This document shows positions 1 through 10,038 of a stretch of 64,000 nt of DNA, piece after piece. The first letter of the stretch is position 1. Each line of letters begins with the position of its first letter. The notes below the pieces were generated by a model. The model was given only the letters and a program-made list of their open reading frames with translations, had not been told where the DNA came from and searched no databases. Source of the stretch: an uncultured Nitrososphaerota archaeon (lineage in GTDB: Archaea; Thermoproteota; EX4484-205; JAAOZP01); NCBI GenBank assembly GCA_964635675.1, contig CAZWPT010000004.1, positions 4,744-68,743 on the forward strand. Reading direction: 5' to 3'. A program made the translations under genes and the position numbers.

Positions 1-1
1 G

Positions 2-2593
2 GACTTTGAAATTCCCTCCATCATAATGACGCCCAGCATAATAGATCCGAGAGCCGGTGCCTTTGAAATGTGGAGGAGCCCACCTCAACCAGTTTCCATC
101 TTCTCATTCGACTTGTTCGCCAAGGGTCCGCCTATAAGCTATGGATACTATTCTAACGGTTGGGAGCCCGTGTCTATAGTGTGGGTTCAGCCCGGGCTTA
201 GATTTGTTATTGTCAGCCCCACTGGGATACTTTTAACGAATTCCTCGGCAGAGAACACTGAGGGAAGCGGCTTCTCCGTAGAGTATGGAAGTAGGGAGAG
301 GATACGTTTCTCTACTTTTAGTACTGCTAAAGATCTCTACTATGTTTCATACGGAAGGTATCTTGAGCTCGTTAAAAGAAACATGGGTAGCCCGAGTGCA
401 GACGAGACTCTGAATAAGGCTAGAAAATACATAGAGGAGGTTGAGAAAAGTCTGAGCAACAGGGAGTACAGCGGCATGTATGCATACGCGCTTCTAGCTA
501 GGGCTTACGCGAGTAGAGCATACGCCGTGGAAGTCATGCCCCTTATAAATGATTCAGCCAAATCCCTACTCTACATGTTCATACTAGTCATATTCGGCGC
601 CTTCTTCCTGGAGAAGCTTGTCATTCACGCTCATGGATCTAGACGCATAATCTTTCTCGTTGTTCTCGCTGCCGTATTTCTAGCGTTCTTCAGTATCCTA
701 CATCCTGCATTCGGGTTGATGAGCAACATATCACTAGGTATGATGGGCTCACTAATACTGATCGTGATCCTCATAGTTTTCATAATAATAGTCTCGATAA
801 GTGAAGAGGTTAGGAAAGGCATTGAGAAACGGGTTCTGGGTGTTCACAGGGCAGAGGTTAGCAGGCTAGACACGGCGATGATATCTTTTTCGCTTGGAAG
901 CGAGCATATGCGTCGCAGGCCCTTCCGCGCCATACTCGTATTCTTAACTTTGATCACCATGGTTGTGGCTATGACATCCTTCACCTCACTTATGCCCGGA
1001 AGAGTAACCTTGCCCGTAACAAGGTATGGTTACGAGTGTAATTCTTACAGCGATGAAATCCTAATAAAGCAGGGAAGAGGTGTTCCCCCGAACATTCTCT
1101 CAGACAAGGTTTTAGATATAGCAAAAATATTTGCTGGAGACAGATACTACGTTTTCCCAAGGGTATGGGTTTACGGTCCAGTAGACAGGGCTGCATGGAC
1201 CACCTCCTTCAGGGTTTGGAGTGCAACCAATACTACGAGAGTGCCTGCCCTCATGGGTATGACTGTAGAGGAGTTCAACATGTTAGTGAGACGCAGCAGT
1301 ATTGTGAGGGGAGGACTATTATCAGACGACTCGGATCAAGCAGTAATATCGAGGTCATTGGCGACCAATTTGAGTGTAACAATAGGAGACACTATTTACG
1401 TTTCAGGCATCAGGTTCACGATAGCGGGGATAGTGGACTCGAACGAAGTGGATTTCCTCCAAGAGGCTGATGGCTACAACATCTTTCCAGCTAACCCAAG
1501 CTTCTTCCCATCCATAAGCAGGGACATGGCCGTCTCAGCGCAGGCAGGTTCATCTCCTCCAAACCTCGGGGTCTCAACCACCATCATAATACCTTACAAG
1601 AGGGCTTTAATGATCGGAGGATACATTGCCTCCATAGCCATGGTTCCGAAAGAAAACCTTTCCTTCAACGAGATATTCAGCCTAGCCAAAGAGTTGGCGT
1701 ACTCTCTGGACCTTCAAATCTACGTTTCAAAAGGAGGCTCCCCATACCTGCTTTCGACTTTCACCACAGTCCTGCTGGGAGGATGGGAGATAATATGGAT
1801 GATCGTTATTCTAGGAGCTTTAAACATCTTTACAACTGTTCTGGGAAGTCTTAAGGAGAGGGTTAGGGAAGTCCACGTGTTCAGCATAGTCGGGTTATCC
1901 CCGATGGGTGTAACAGTATTCTTCATGACTGAGGTAATAGTTTATGCTATAATAAGCGCTTTAATAGGGTATATTGCCGGATACTTCGCGACGAGAATCT
2001 TCATGCTTCTCGGAGTACTTCCCTCTGAACATGTTTTCAACTTCGCCTCCGCGTTTGCTATCCTAGGCACATTGGTGACGATAGCCGCAGCACTTGCAGC
2101 AGCTGCATACCCGTCTTACATAGCCTCAAAAGTGGCCACGCCCTCGCTTGAAAGAAGATGGAAGTTTAAGACTAAGCCAAAGGGAGACGAGTGGGATATA
2201 CCCCTACTCATAAGTGTTTCAACGGTTGAGGAGGGAAGAGGACTTTTAGCGTATTTACACGAATACTACGAAGGTGCCGGGGCTGTGAAAGAGGGTGTGC
2301 ACATGGTTAAGGAGCTGCAGCCTCCGAACTACGAGGACCTATCGTTAAGCTTGACAGTCAGCCTCTCGCCGTTCGAAGTGGGTGTTTCTCAAAGGGTTGA
2401 TATTGCCGTAAGGCTGAACGAGGAGGTGAAAAGATACGATGCCGTGCTCCACCTGGAGAGGCTTACGGGGCCGCAGAGCACATGGGTAACTTCAAACTAC
2501 AGGTTCGTAAACGACTTGAGGAAACAGCTAATAATGTGGGGATCCTTCTCAGCGGCTGAGAAAGCAAGCTACATATCTATGGCAAAAGCGTAG
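2..2593 (+). CDS. Large FtsX-like (MacB/LolE-type) ABC permease family membrane protein, 5'-truncated by window edge
   Basis: Frame is open from position 2 (DFEIPSII-MTPS). Several TM blocks, the segment SLGSEHMRRRPFRAILVFLTL, an extracytoplasmic MacB-like region and a C-terminal FtsX motif (SLKERVREVHVFSIVGLSP), then a soluble C-terminal tail. Confidence 0.8.
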   Translation, partial: DFEIPSIIMTPSIIDPRAGAFEMWRSPPQPVSIFSFDLFAKGPPISYGYYSNGWEPVSIVWVQPGLRFVIVSPTGILLTNSSAENTEGSGFSVEYGSRERIRFSTFSTAKDLYYVSYGRYLELVKRNMGSPSADETLNKARKYIEEVEKSLSNREYSGMYAYALLARAYASRAYAVEVMPLINDSAKSLLYMFILVIFGAFFLEKLVIHAHGSRRIIFLVVLAAVFLAFFSILHPAFGLMSNISLGMMGSLILIVILIVFIIIVSISEEVRKGIEKRVLGVHRAEVSRLDTAMISFSLGSEHMRRRPFRAILVFLTLITMVVAMTSFTSLMPGRVTLPVTRYGYECNSYSDEILIKQGRGVPPNILSDKVLDIAKIFAGDRYYVFPRVWVYGPVDRAAWTTSFRVWSATNTTRVPALMGMTVEEFNMLVRRSSIVRGGLLSDDSDQAVISRSLATNLSVTIGDTIYVSGIRFTIAGIVDSNEVDFLQEADGYNIFPANPSFFPSISRDMAVSAQAGSSPPNLGVSTTIIIPYKRALMIGGYIASIAMVPKENLSFNEIFSLAKELAYSLDLQIYVSKGGSPYLLSTFTTVLLGGWEIIWMIVILGALNIFTTVLGSLKERVREVHVFSIVGLSPMGVTVFFMTEVIVYAIISALIGYIAGYFATRIFMLLGVLPSEHVFNFASAFAILGTLVTIAAALAAAAYPSYIASKVATPSLERRWKFKTKPKGDEWDIPLLISVSTVEEGRGLLAYLHEYYEGAGAVKEGVHMVKELQPPNYEDLSLSLTVSLSPFEVGVSQRVDIAVRLNEEVKRYDAVLHLERLTGPQSTWVTSNYRFVNDLRKQLIMWGSFSAAEKASYISMAKA

Positions 2594-3236
2594 TGTAAGT
2601 ATACTCTTCTATTTTCTTAAGCAGGCTAATAATGGTGAGGAATGCTCTCTGAACCACTCCTGCAGACTGGAGGCCATACAGCATGTGCATCCTCACGATC
2701 CAAGATATGGATTGAGGAGCCTCCAAGTGTTTTTTAACCAGGCTGCTGATCATCAGCCCTCTGTCTGAAGTCATCAAGTATGTTTCGAATAGTTCGACCG
2801 GTATGATGGATGGGAAGATTTCTATCAAGTCGCCTCCCCCCTTCTTAACCAGTTCCTCAACATCCCTGCTCCCGATGACTCGCATAATTCCCTCCTCCTC
2901 GGGCATGTTTATCCCGGTTAATGATGAGAGTCCACTCCACCTGCTTGCCTTCACGCTTCTTCTTAAAACCCCTTTCAACTCCAGTTCCACGGACTCTGAA
3001 AGCATCCTTCTTAAAAGCTGACGCTTATCGTGTTTTTCAAGCCTTTCTTCAGGGATTTCAAGCACACCGGTTATTTCAAACTTCCTTTCGAAGCTGAACT
3101 GCATCCTTCTCACGAGGATAATCAGCCTTATTTGCGGGTTTTCAACGTGCTTTACAACAAGGTTTCCCTTCCCTGTTTCCTCGAAAGATACTTCGTACTT
3201 TTCAAGCGCCTTCTTCACGCTCTGAACCCAGGACAT
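2577..3236 (-). CDS. Hypothetical soluble protein (about 219 aa)
   Basis: ORF 2577..3383. The N-terminal extension runs into the promoter region of the divergent gene, so the likely start is ATG at 3236 (MSWVQSVKK). No recognisable motif. Confidence 0.65.
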   Translation of the reverse strand: MSWVQSVKKALEKYEVSFEETGKGNLVVKHVENPQIRLIILVRRMQFSFERKFEITGVLEIPEERLEKHDKRQLLRRMLSESVELELKGVLRRSVKASRWSGLSSLTGINMPEEEGIMRVIGSRDVEELVKKGGGDLIEIFPSIIPVELFETYLMTSDRGLMISSLVKKHLEAPQSISWIVRMHMLYGLQSAGVVQRAFLTIISLLKKIEEYTYTTLLP

Positions 3237-3413
3237 TACCCCTATGCCGGTGTATTTTCGCCAAATAAATCTAACTTGGGAAGTAAAAGGGGTTTGCATA
3301 GTCATCCGTGGGTTTATGAACCCATTTTGAAGCCTTGATGCTATGAAACGGATGTTTACATGCGTAAAGTTTAAATTTTGCAAATGTATAACACAAACGA
3401 AGGTGAAAACATT

Positions 3414-5513
3414 ATGGCTACGGAAGTAGAGCTTAGAACAGGTTTAACAGCAAAATCACTCGCCGTCTCCATCCCTCTCGCAATATTCTTCGCATACATG
3501 TCGGTTGTAGTAGGACTTTACACCGACAAGACATCTACATTCGGTACCTTCATCCTACCTATGGTGTACTTAGTCGTGATATTTGAACTTCTAGGGAGAG
3601 CCAACCCCAAGATGAGGCTGACGCCGCAGGAGTTAGTCTTCGTATTCTCAGTCATCTCATTCCTAGGCATGCATTCCTACCTAACGATGCATGCTGCAGC
3701 CCACAACAATCCTTTAAGCATGCCCGTGTACGGTGCCCTAAGCGATTACGAAGCGTTCTCAATAGACGCCTTGAGAGACTACTGGAGCAGGGCTGTTCCC
3801 GCCGTAATAATTGCTCCTGAGCCGATACGCTTCGAGATCGCCACGATGCTGATGAACGGTAAGGCTCCTGGGCAAGCTGTTCCATGGGGCTACATAATGA
3901 ACGCAATAATATACTGGGGCCTAGTCTACATGTTCTACGCCTTCATAAGCATATTCGTGACATTCGTCTTCGGCAAGGTCTGGGTTGAGGAGGAGAGGCT
4001 GATCTTCCCGCTAGCGGTTCCAGCTCTCTACCTGTTCAGGGAAGCGGGTGAGGTGGACCCCACTACCAACAAGTCTAGGCTATTCAACTTCAAGGTTCCA
4101 ACATCAAAGATTTTCTGGGGCATGTTCGTAATAGGCATGATAAGCGGAATACAGCCCTTGATAGCTGAGCTCTGGCCGGAGTTCCCAGCGTCCGCATGGT
4201 GGGGTGAGCAGAATGTGAACCTGCCTTTTCTCGCCGCGCTCTGGCCAGGGATATACGCGTCAGCAATATTCTTCATACCTCAGATAGCCGTGGGACTGGT
4301 CATGCCTAACGATGCTCTGATAACCCTGATACTCGGCTGGATCATCTTCGGCGTGCTCTACCAGGGCATAGGCGTAAGCATGGGCATAGTTGCATACCAG
4401 GCTGGAATGGAGTACGTGTGGCCTTGGGAAGCATACCCGGGAGTATGGATGCCCTTCCCATACAGGTATGTTGCTTCAACCGGCGTGGGCCTTGGAATCG
4501 CGATATGGTGCCTCTACACTCAGAGGAAGAGGTTTGCAAGCGTCTTCTCATCCCTGTGGAAGGGAGGGGAGGAGAGGGGTCTATCCATGAGAACAATTCC
4601 ATTGCTACTACTTATAGGCGCGTTCGGATGGTACGCGTTAATGCTGATTGAAGGAGCAGACCCGTTGATCGCCCTCCTAGTACCCCTATGGGCATTGGTC
4701 TTCCACGTGACCTACGCGAGGGTATACGCGGAGGTGTTCTGGCACGTTGGAACGGGCTGGGGTGCTGGCCCCGCCGCCTGGGACCCAACGTACATCGTAG
4801 GGTCAGCCCTAAGAGGGTGGCCCGCGCCCACAGCCGTAACTTGGGACACGCCCATGACTGACCCAGCCTGGTTCACGATAGCTAGGCATATGGCGAACGC
4901 TGGCCACTGGAACGTTTCCTTCGGCCCACTATCCGGCGGGTTCCAAGTAACGCTTTACAAGCTTGCCTACGAGCTCAGGATGCGGATGAGGGATTTCCTG
5001 ATAGCTTTGATCATCGGCATGGTTGTGCTGTTGTTCGTGTTTGTTCCGCTGGACACCTATTTCATCTTCAACACGCAGGGCGGTGTAAACCAGCTGGGTG
5101 ACCGTGTGTTCACATGGTGGCCCTGGGTGGCTGCAGGCTACTACCACAGAGGCAGGTGGGCTGGGCCGGCGGAGCTGACAGTAGAATACTCTCTTGAAAT
5201 ATGCTATGCCCTGGGAATACTCTTGGCGCTTGTACTCTACATATTGAAGCTTAAGGTTCCGCTCTTCTGGTTCATAAGTGTTCCAGCACTCTACATATCT
5301 ATGACTATACCGACATACATGTGGCTCACCTCGCTGATCGCTTTGATAATAAAATTCGTCGTGATCAGGACTATTGGAATAAAGAGGTATGAGGAGTACG
5401 CTATGCCCATCGTAGCAGGATGGATCCTGGGCTTCGGCGCTATGTGGCTGCCCGCTGCGCTGCTGAACCTTGGAGTAGTATTCCCGAAGATGCAAACCCT
5501 GTTCCAACCTTAA
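3414..5513 (+). CDS. Polytopic membrane protein, OPT-like / DUF6785-type putative transporter
   Basis: About 699 aa with many TM helices. Motifs LTPQELVFVF and WVEEERLIFPLA resemble DUF6785/OPT-like proteins. GGTGA RBS before ATG 3414. Confidence 0.75.
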   Translation: MATEVELRTGLTAKSLAVSIPLAIFFAYMSVVVGLYTDKTSTFGTFILPMVYLVVIFELLGRANPKMRLTPQELVFVFSVISFLGMHSYLTMHAAAHNNPLSMPVYGALSDYEAFSIDALRDYWSRAVPAVIIAPEPIRFEIATMLMNGKAPGQAVPWGYIMNAIIYWGLVYMFYAFISIFVTFVFGKVWVEEERLIFPLAVPALYLFREAGEVDPTTNKSRLFNFKVPTSKIFWGMFVIGMISGIQPLIAELWPEFPASAWWGEQNVNLPFLAALWPGIYASAIFFIPQIAVGLVMPNDALITLILGWIIFGVLYQGIGVSMGIVAYQAGMEYVWPWEAYPGVWMPFPYRYVASTGVGLGIAIWCLYTQRKRFASVFSSLWKGGEERGLSMRTIPLLLLIGAFGWYALMLIEGADPLIALLVPLWALVFHVTYARVYAEVFWHVGTGWGAGPAAWDPTYIVGSALRGWPAPTAVTWDTPMTDPAWFTIARHMANAGHWNVSFGPLSGGFQVTLYKLAYELRMRMRDFLIALIIGMVVLLFVFVPLDTYFIFNTQGGVNQLGDRVFTWWPWVAAGYYHRGRWAGPAELTVEYSLEICYALGILLALVLYILKLKVPLFWFISVPALYISMTIPTYMWLTSLIALIIKFVVIRTIGIKRYEEYAMPIVAGWILGFGAMWLPAALLNLGVVFPKMQTLFQP

Positions 5514-5550
5514 AAAACCATTTTTTTCATCTTTTTCACAATCTTTTCAC
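5514..5550 (+). terminator. Oligo-T archaeal terminator
   Basis: TTTTTTTCATCTTTTTCACAATCTTTTC immediately after the stop codon. Confidence 0.55.
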
Positions 5551-5580
5551 GTATTAGTTGGTTTCAAGTCTGACGGAAAG

Positions 5581-5590
5581 TTTTTAAAAA
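5581..5590 (+). promoter_or_regulatory. TATA box of a probably leaderless GH gene
   Basis: TTTTTAAAAA ends about 20 nt before ATG 5611. Confidence 0.45.
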
Positions 5591-5610
5591 CGGTGGCGTT
5601 AGACCAGTTG

Positions 5611-7050
5611 ATGACGCGGAGTTTTAAGATAATGTGCCTGCTCCTCGTAATCATGCTGATAATCCTTGCGTTTTCACTCTACAACTTATCCGTTTTAACG
5701 CAATCAACCAGGGAGCTTAACCGTCAGCTCGCTGAATACAGTGAAAGCTTCAAAAGCCTGGCAAGCCTTATATCAATCCTCCTCTATGATTCTTACGGTG
5801 GGACGTTGCGTGTTAAAGGTACGGCTACAGGCTTCTTCCACGTTGAGAAGATTGACGGCGTCTGGTGGATCATAGATCCTGAGGGAAACGGCTTCATATC
5901 TAAAGGGGTGAATCATGTTAGCTTCGACGGGGATTACTCTCCTTCTCTAGGATACAGCCCGTACAACAAGGCTGTTCTGAAGAAATATGGCAGCGTAGAT
6001 TCTTGGGCAAGAGCTGCTGTGGAAAGGCTGCGCGGCTTCGGCTTCAACACGATTGGAGCATGGTCCAGCAGAGAGCTATACGGGCTTGGAACACCATACA
6101 CTGTAATTCTCGACATTGCCGCTTCAGCCGGCTCAGAATGGTTGAGCGGCAGCGTCGTAGACTATTTTTCGGAGAAGTTTGAGAAGGTTGCTGACGAGGT
6201 TGCGGAGAAGATGTGCGCGCCCCGGAGGGACGACCCGTATCTCCTGGGTTATTTCACTGACAACGAGCTGAGGTGGGGGCCGGACTGGAGGGCTTCAAAG
6301 CACCTTTTCGACGATTATCTTGCTCTTGAAAAGGATGCTCCGGGTAAAAGAGTGCTAGTCCAGTATTTAAGGGATAAGTATGGGAGCATAGGCGAGCTTA
6401 ACGCTAAATGGGGGTCTGGATTCAAATCATTCGAGGATATTCTGAATATCTACGAGCCTCCTGGCGGAGCCTCCCTGGATTCCGACAGGCTTGGCTTCCT
6501 AGAGGTGGTTTCAAAGAGATACTTCAAGGTTTGCCACGACGCGATAAGGAAGCATGATCCCAACCACCTCATACTGGGATGCAGGTTCGCTTTCAGGCCT
6601 CCAGACGAGGTTTTGAAGGGGTGCGTCGGATACATGGACGTGGTTTCGGTTAACAACTATGGTTGGGAGCCTCCCCTGGAGGACCTTAATGCTATAAACC
6701 GTCTAACGGGCCTTCCAGTAATGGTTACCGAGTTCTCCTTTAAGGCTAGGGACTCCGGCCTGCCTAACACTAGGGGTGCTGGAACACCTTTACCGACTCA
6801 GGGAGATAGGGCTGAGCGTTTCGAAAACTATGTCGGCAAAATCTTATCCGAGCCCTACGTGGTTGGCTACCACTGGTTCCAGTACTCAGACCAGCCTGCT
6901 CAGGGCAGGTTCGACGGGGAGAACAGTAACTTCGGCCTTGTTAACATTGAGGACGAGCCCTGGACGATTCTGGTTACCAGGGTTACGGCGGTTAATCTTA
7001 AAGCTGAGCTTATCCACGCCGGGTCGAAGGTTTTAAAAGGCTCACCGTAG
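5611..7050 (+). CDS. Membrane-anchored glycoside hydrolase, GH50 beta-agarase-like / clan GH-A
   Basis: N-terminal TM helix and short coiled coil. Motifs GFFHVEKIDGVWWIIDPEG, GFNTIGAWS, LLGYFTDNELRW (acid/base NE), PVMVTEFS (nucleophile), VGYHWFQYSDQP..GRFDGENSNFGLV. Confidence 0.8.
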   Translation: MTRSFKIMCLLLVIMLIILAFSLYNLSVLTQSTRELNRQLAEYSESFKSLASLISILLYDSYGGTLRVKGTATGFFHVEKIDGVWWIIDPEGNGFISKGVNHVSFDGDYSPSLGYSPYNKAVLKKYGSVDSWARAAVERLRGFGFNTIGAWSSRELYGLGTPYTVILDIAASAGSEWLSGSVVDYFSEKFEKVADEVAEKMCAPRRDDPYLLGYFTDNELRWGPDWRASKHLFDDYLALEKDAPGKRVLVQYLRDKYGSIGELNAKWGSGFKSFEDILNIYEPPGGASLDSDRLGFLEVVSKRYFKVCHDAIRKHDPNHLILGCRFAFRPPDEVLKGCVGYMDVVSVNNYGWEPPLEDLNAINRLTGLPVMVTEFSFKARDSGLPNTRGAGTPLPTQGDRAERFENYVGKILSEPYVVGYHWFQYSDQPAQGRFDGENSNFGLVNIEDEPWTILVTRVTAVNLKAELIHAGSKVLKGSP

Positions 7051-7099
7051 TGTTTGCGCGCAATCCAACTGTTCGAAAAGGCTCACGCGAATTCTGAAA

Positions 7100-7540
7100 A
7101 TTCGCTGCAGCAGCCTGAAAAACTCTTCCATACCTTCCCTGATAAACTCTTCATCCAAAGACCCGATGAGCGTTTCAGTTTCAACTATTCTCCCAGGTAT
7201 CTTCATGTTCCTATGGTTGAAACCCTCCCTAGCTTTAACACGTGTTTACTCTTAAGCGTCTCAACCCCAATCCTGTTAAAGTCTTCAAGAGTAATATCTG
7301 GATAAAACCCGATGGTCCTCAGGGATTCTAAAGCAATATCAGGCTTGTAGACTCCTCTCGCGAAGAAGCATACCACTAGGCTGGACAGGACCTGCGCCAA
7401 GACTCTTCCTTAAAAAGTGCTTCAGCAACCTGCTTCGGCGTCATCACGACTCCTGTTTTAGCATTATCCTCGTCGACACTATACCCTGCACTATCCAGGT
7501 GACTATGCTGGCGCCCGTGAGGAAGGTGAGGTGTGCAGCC
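7100..7540 (-). pseudogene. Aldehyde:ferredoxin oxidoreductase (AOR/WOR family) C-terminal relic
   Basis: Three frames join to give HSHLDSAGYSVD...EESWR / QVLSSLVVCFFARGVYKP...K / REGFNHRNMKIPGRIVETETLIG, typical of an AOR-family C-terminus. Frameshifts near 7395 and 7230. N-terminus absent. Confidence 0.75.
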
Positions 7541-7655
7541 GGCGCGCGCTATTTTAATTCTAACGGTTTGAAGCCGCAACCCTTTGACTTCGAGCAGTGG
7601 CTGACGGATTGAAAACATAAATATTGAAGAAGAGTGGCTTAATTTGTGAGTAAAG

Positions 7656-9962
7656 ATGGAGGATAAGCCTGTTTACCTTGACTCCTCAGCCCCTGTTGAG
7701 CTCAGGGTTAGGGATCTTTTGAAAAGGATGACGCTGGAGGAGAAGCTTGCTCAACTCCAGTCGGTCTGGCCAAGGGTTTTCGGAGTGGCGGCTATGCCGC
7801 GTGAAAAGCTGGAAGAGCTTCTTAAAACAGGCATAGGGGAGTTGACACGCCTATCAGGAGCCCTGGGGGTTAATCCTGGGGACGGTGCTAGAATGGCTAA
7901 CGAGATCCAGAGGTTCCTGGTTGAGAAGACTAGGCTTCACGTACCTGCTATTGTCCACGAGGAGTGTTTAACAGGCTTCCTAGCGATGGGGGCTACAGTG
8001 TTCCCCCAGGCGATAGGCTTAGCAAGCACGTGGGATCCCGAGCTTGTTGAAAAAGTCGCTTCAGTGATAAGGAGGCAGGTTAGGGCTTCGGGAGCCCATC
8101 AGGGTCTTGCACCTGTTCTGGATGTTCTAAGAGACCCGAGATGGGGCAGGACGGAGGAGACCTACGGCGAGGACCCCTACCTGGTTGCAAGCATGGGGGT
8201 TGCCTACGTTAAGGGTCTCCAGGGAGAGGATTTGAGGAACGGTGTCATAGCAACCGTCAAGCATTTCGCAGCCCACGGTTTTCCAGAAGGCGGGAGGAAC
8301 TGCGCCCCGGTTCACGCAGGTCCTAGGGAGCTAAGAGAGGTTTTCCTGTTTCCCTTCGAGGCCGCGGTTAAGGTTGCCGGGGTCCTATCGGTTATGAACG
8401 CTTACCACGAGATAGACGGGGTTCCCTGCGCCTCTTCCAGAATGCTTCTCACAGATATCCTTAGGGGGGAATGGGGTTTCCAAGGGTTTGTTGTCTCAGA
8501 CTATTTCGCCATCAGGATGCTTGAAAACTTTCACAACACTGCTAAAGACGCTAAGGATGCTGCAGTCCAGGCGATTCAAGCCGGGATTGATGTTGAGCTT
8601 CCCCGTGTAGACTGCTACGGGGAGCCACTGCTACAGGCTGTTAGAGAGGGCAGGGTTTCCGAAGGGCTTGTCGACCTGGCTGTTTCTAGGGTTTTAAGAG
8701 CCAAGTTTCTACTAGGCCTTTTCGAAAACCCGTACGTCAACCCTGAGGAGGCTAAAAGCCAGTTCGACAGGGATGAGGATAGGGCTCTCGCCCTCAGGGC
8801 TGCGAGGGAGTCGATCGTCCTCCTGAAGAACAACGGGGTTCTCCCGATCCGGGAGACAGTTAAGTCGATAGCAGTCATAGGGCCGAATGCCGACAGCAAG
8901 AGGAATCTACACGGGGACTATAGTTTCACGGCTCACATGGATATGGCTAACCCGCCGCCTGGTTACGACGAGGTTTTCAAGGAGGGTGCGGTGAGGACGG
9001 TCAGCATACTTGAGGGCATCAGGAGCAGGGCTTCCGGAAAAGTATTGGTGAAATACGCTAAGGGCTGCGACATCACCGGGGGGTCGAGAGAAGGGTTTGG
9101 CGAAGCTGTTAAAGCAGCCTTGGAATCGGATGTAGTGATAGCCGTGATGGGTGAAAAGTCTGGAATGTTTGAAAGAGGAGTGTCCGGCGAGGGGTGTGAC
9201 AGGTTTTCCCTGGGGCTGCCCGGGGTCCAGGAGGATTTGGTGAGGGAACTCTGCAAAACCGGTAAGCCGGTTATACTGGTGCTTGTTAACGGCAGGCCGG
9301 TTTCCCTAGGCTGGATGGCTGAAAATTGTTCAGCAATACTTGAAGCATGGTACCCTGGTGAAGAGGGAGGTAACGCTGTTGCAGACGTGCTCTTCGGATA
9401 CTATAATCCGGGGGGGAGGCTTCCAGTTTCTTTTCCCAAGGACGCCGGCCAGATTCCGCTGAACTATAACAGGAAGCCTTCGTCGTTCAGGAGCTACGTC
9501 GGGATGGATGCTAAGCCAGCATTCCCATTCGGCCATGGTTTAAGCTACACGGTCTTCGAATACAGTTCTCTCGAGATCGAGCCCCGGGAAGCCAGTTCCA
9601 CAGGCAGTGTTAAAATACGTTTTAAACTTAGTAATACTGGCGGCCTGAAGGGCGACGAGGTTGTTCAGCTTTACGTGAGGGATCCGGTGGCAAGCGTCAC
9701 CAGGCCGGTGATGGAGCTTAAGGGTTTCAAAAGGTTGAGTCTTGAACCAGGGGAGACTAGGATGGTTGAGTTCACGCTCTCCACCGAGCAGCTTGCCTTC
9801 TACGATGAGCACATGAGGCTGGTGGTTGAGCCAGGTGTCTTCGAAGTCTTTATCGGCGGTTCTTCGGAGGACATAAGGCTTAGAGGCAGTTTCAAGGTTA
9901 CGGGTGAAACTAGAACCATAGGCTTTAGAACAGTCTTCTTCAGCAGTGTTCAGGTGAAATAA
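7656..9962 (+). CDS. GH3 beta-glucosidase/beta-xylosidase with Fn3-like C-terminal domain
   Basis: Motifs HEECLTG, RDPRWGRTEETYGED, ATVKHFAAH, GFVVSDY (nucleophile), ESIVLLKN, WYPGEEGG, FPFGHGLSY, GDEVVQLY. No signal peptide. Confidence 0.97.
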   Translation: MEDKPVYLDSSAPVELRVRDLLKRMTLEEKLAQLQSVWPRVFGVAAMPREKLEELLKTGIGELTRLSGALGVNPGDGARMANEIQRFLVEKTRLHVPAIVHEECLTGFLAMGATVFPQAIGLASTWDPELVEKVASVIRRQVRASGAHQGLAPVLDVLRDPRWGRTEETYGEDPYLVASMGVAYVKGLQGEDLRNGVIATVKHFAAHGFPEGGRNCAPVHAGPRELREVFLFPFEAAVKVAGVLSVMNAYHEIDGVPCASSRMLLTDILRGEWGFQGFVVSDYFAIRMLENFHNTAKDAKDAAVQAIQAGIDVELPRVDCYGEPLLQAVREGRVSEGLVDLAVSRVLRAKFLLGLFENPYVNPEEAKSQFDRDEDRALALRAARESIVLLKNNGVLPIRETVKSIAVIGPNADSKRNLHGDYSFTAHMDMANPPPGYDEVFKEGAVRTVSILEGIRSRASGKVLVKYAKGCDITGGSREGFGEAVKAALESDVVIAVMGEKSGMFERGVSGEGCDRFSLGLPGVQEDLVRELCKTGKPVILVLVNGRPVSLGWMAENCSAILEAWYPGEEGGNAVADVLFGYYNPGGRLPVSFPKDAGQIPLNYNRKPSSFRSYVGMDAKPAFPFGHGLSYTVFEYSSLEIEPREASSTGSVKIRFKLSNTGGLKGDEVVQLYVRDPVASVTRPVMELKGFKRLSLEPGETRMVEFTLSTEQLAFYDEHMRLVVEPGVFEVFIGGSSEDIRLRGSFKVTGETRTIGFRTVFFSSVQVK

Positions 9963-10038
9963 AGGTTCTTTCAAGGATTTCACGTCAAGGCCAGCATGAG
10001 AAAGGATAATAAAGGCTTAGAGCCGGTTTTCAAGAAGG

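Noticed and set aside
3237-3413. Overlapping N-terminal extensions of the two divergent ORFs (starts 3383 and 3378)
   Set aside because: This is AT-rich promoter DNA; the downstream ATGs give better starts, with an RBS before 3414.
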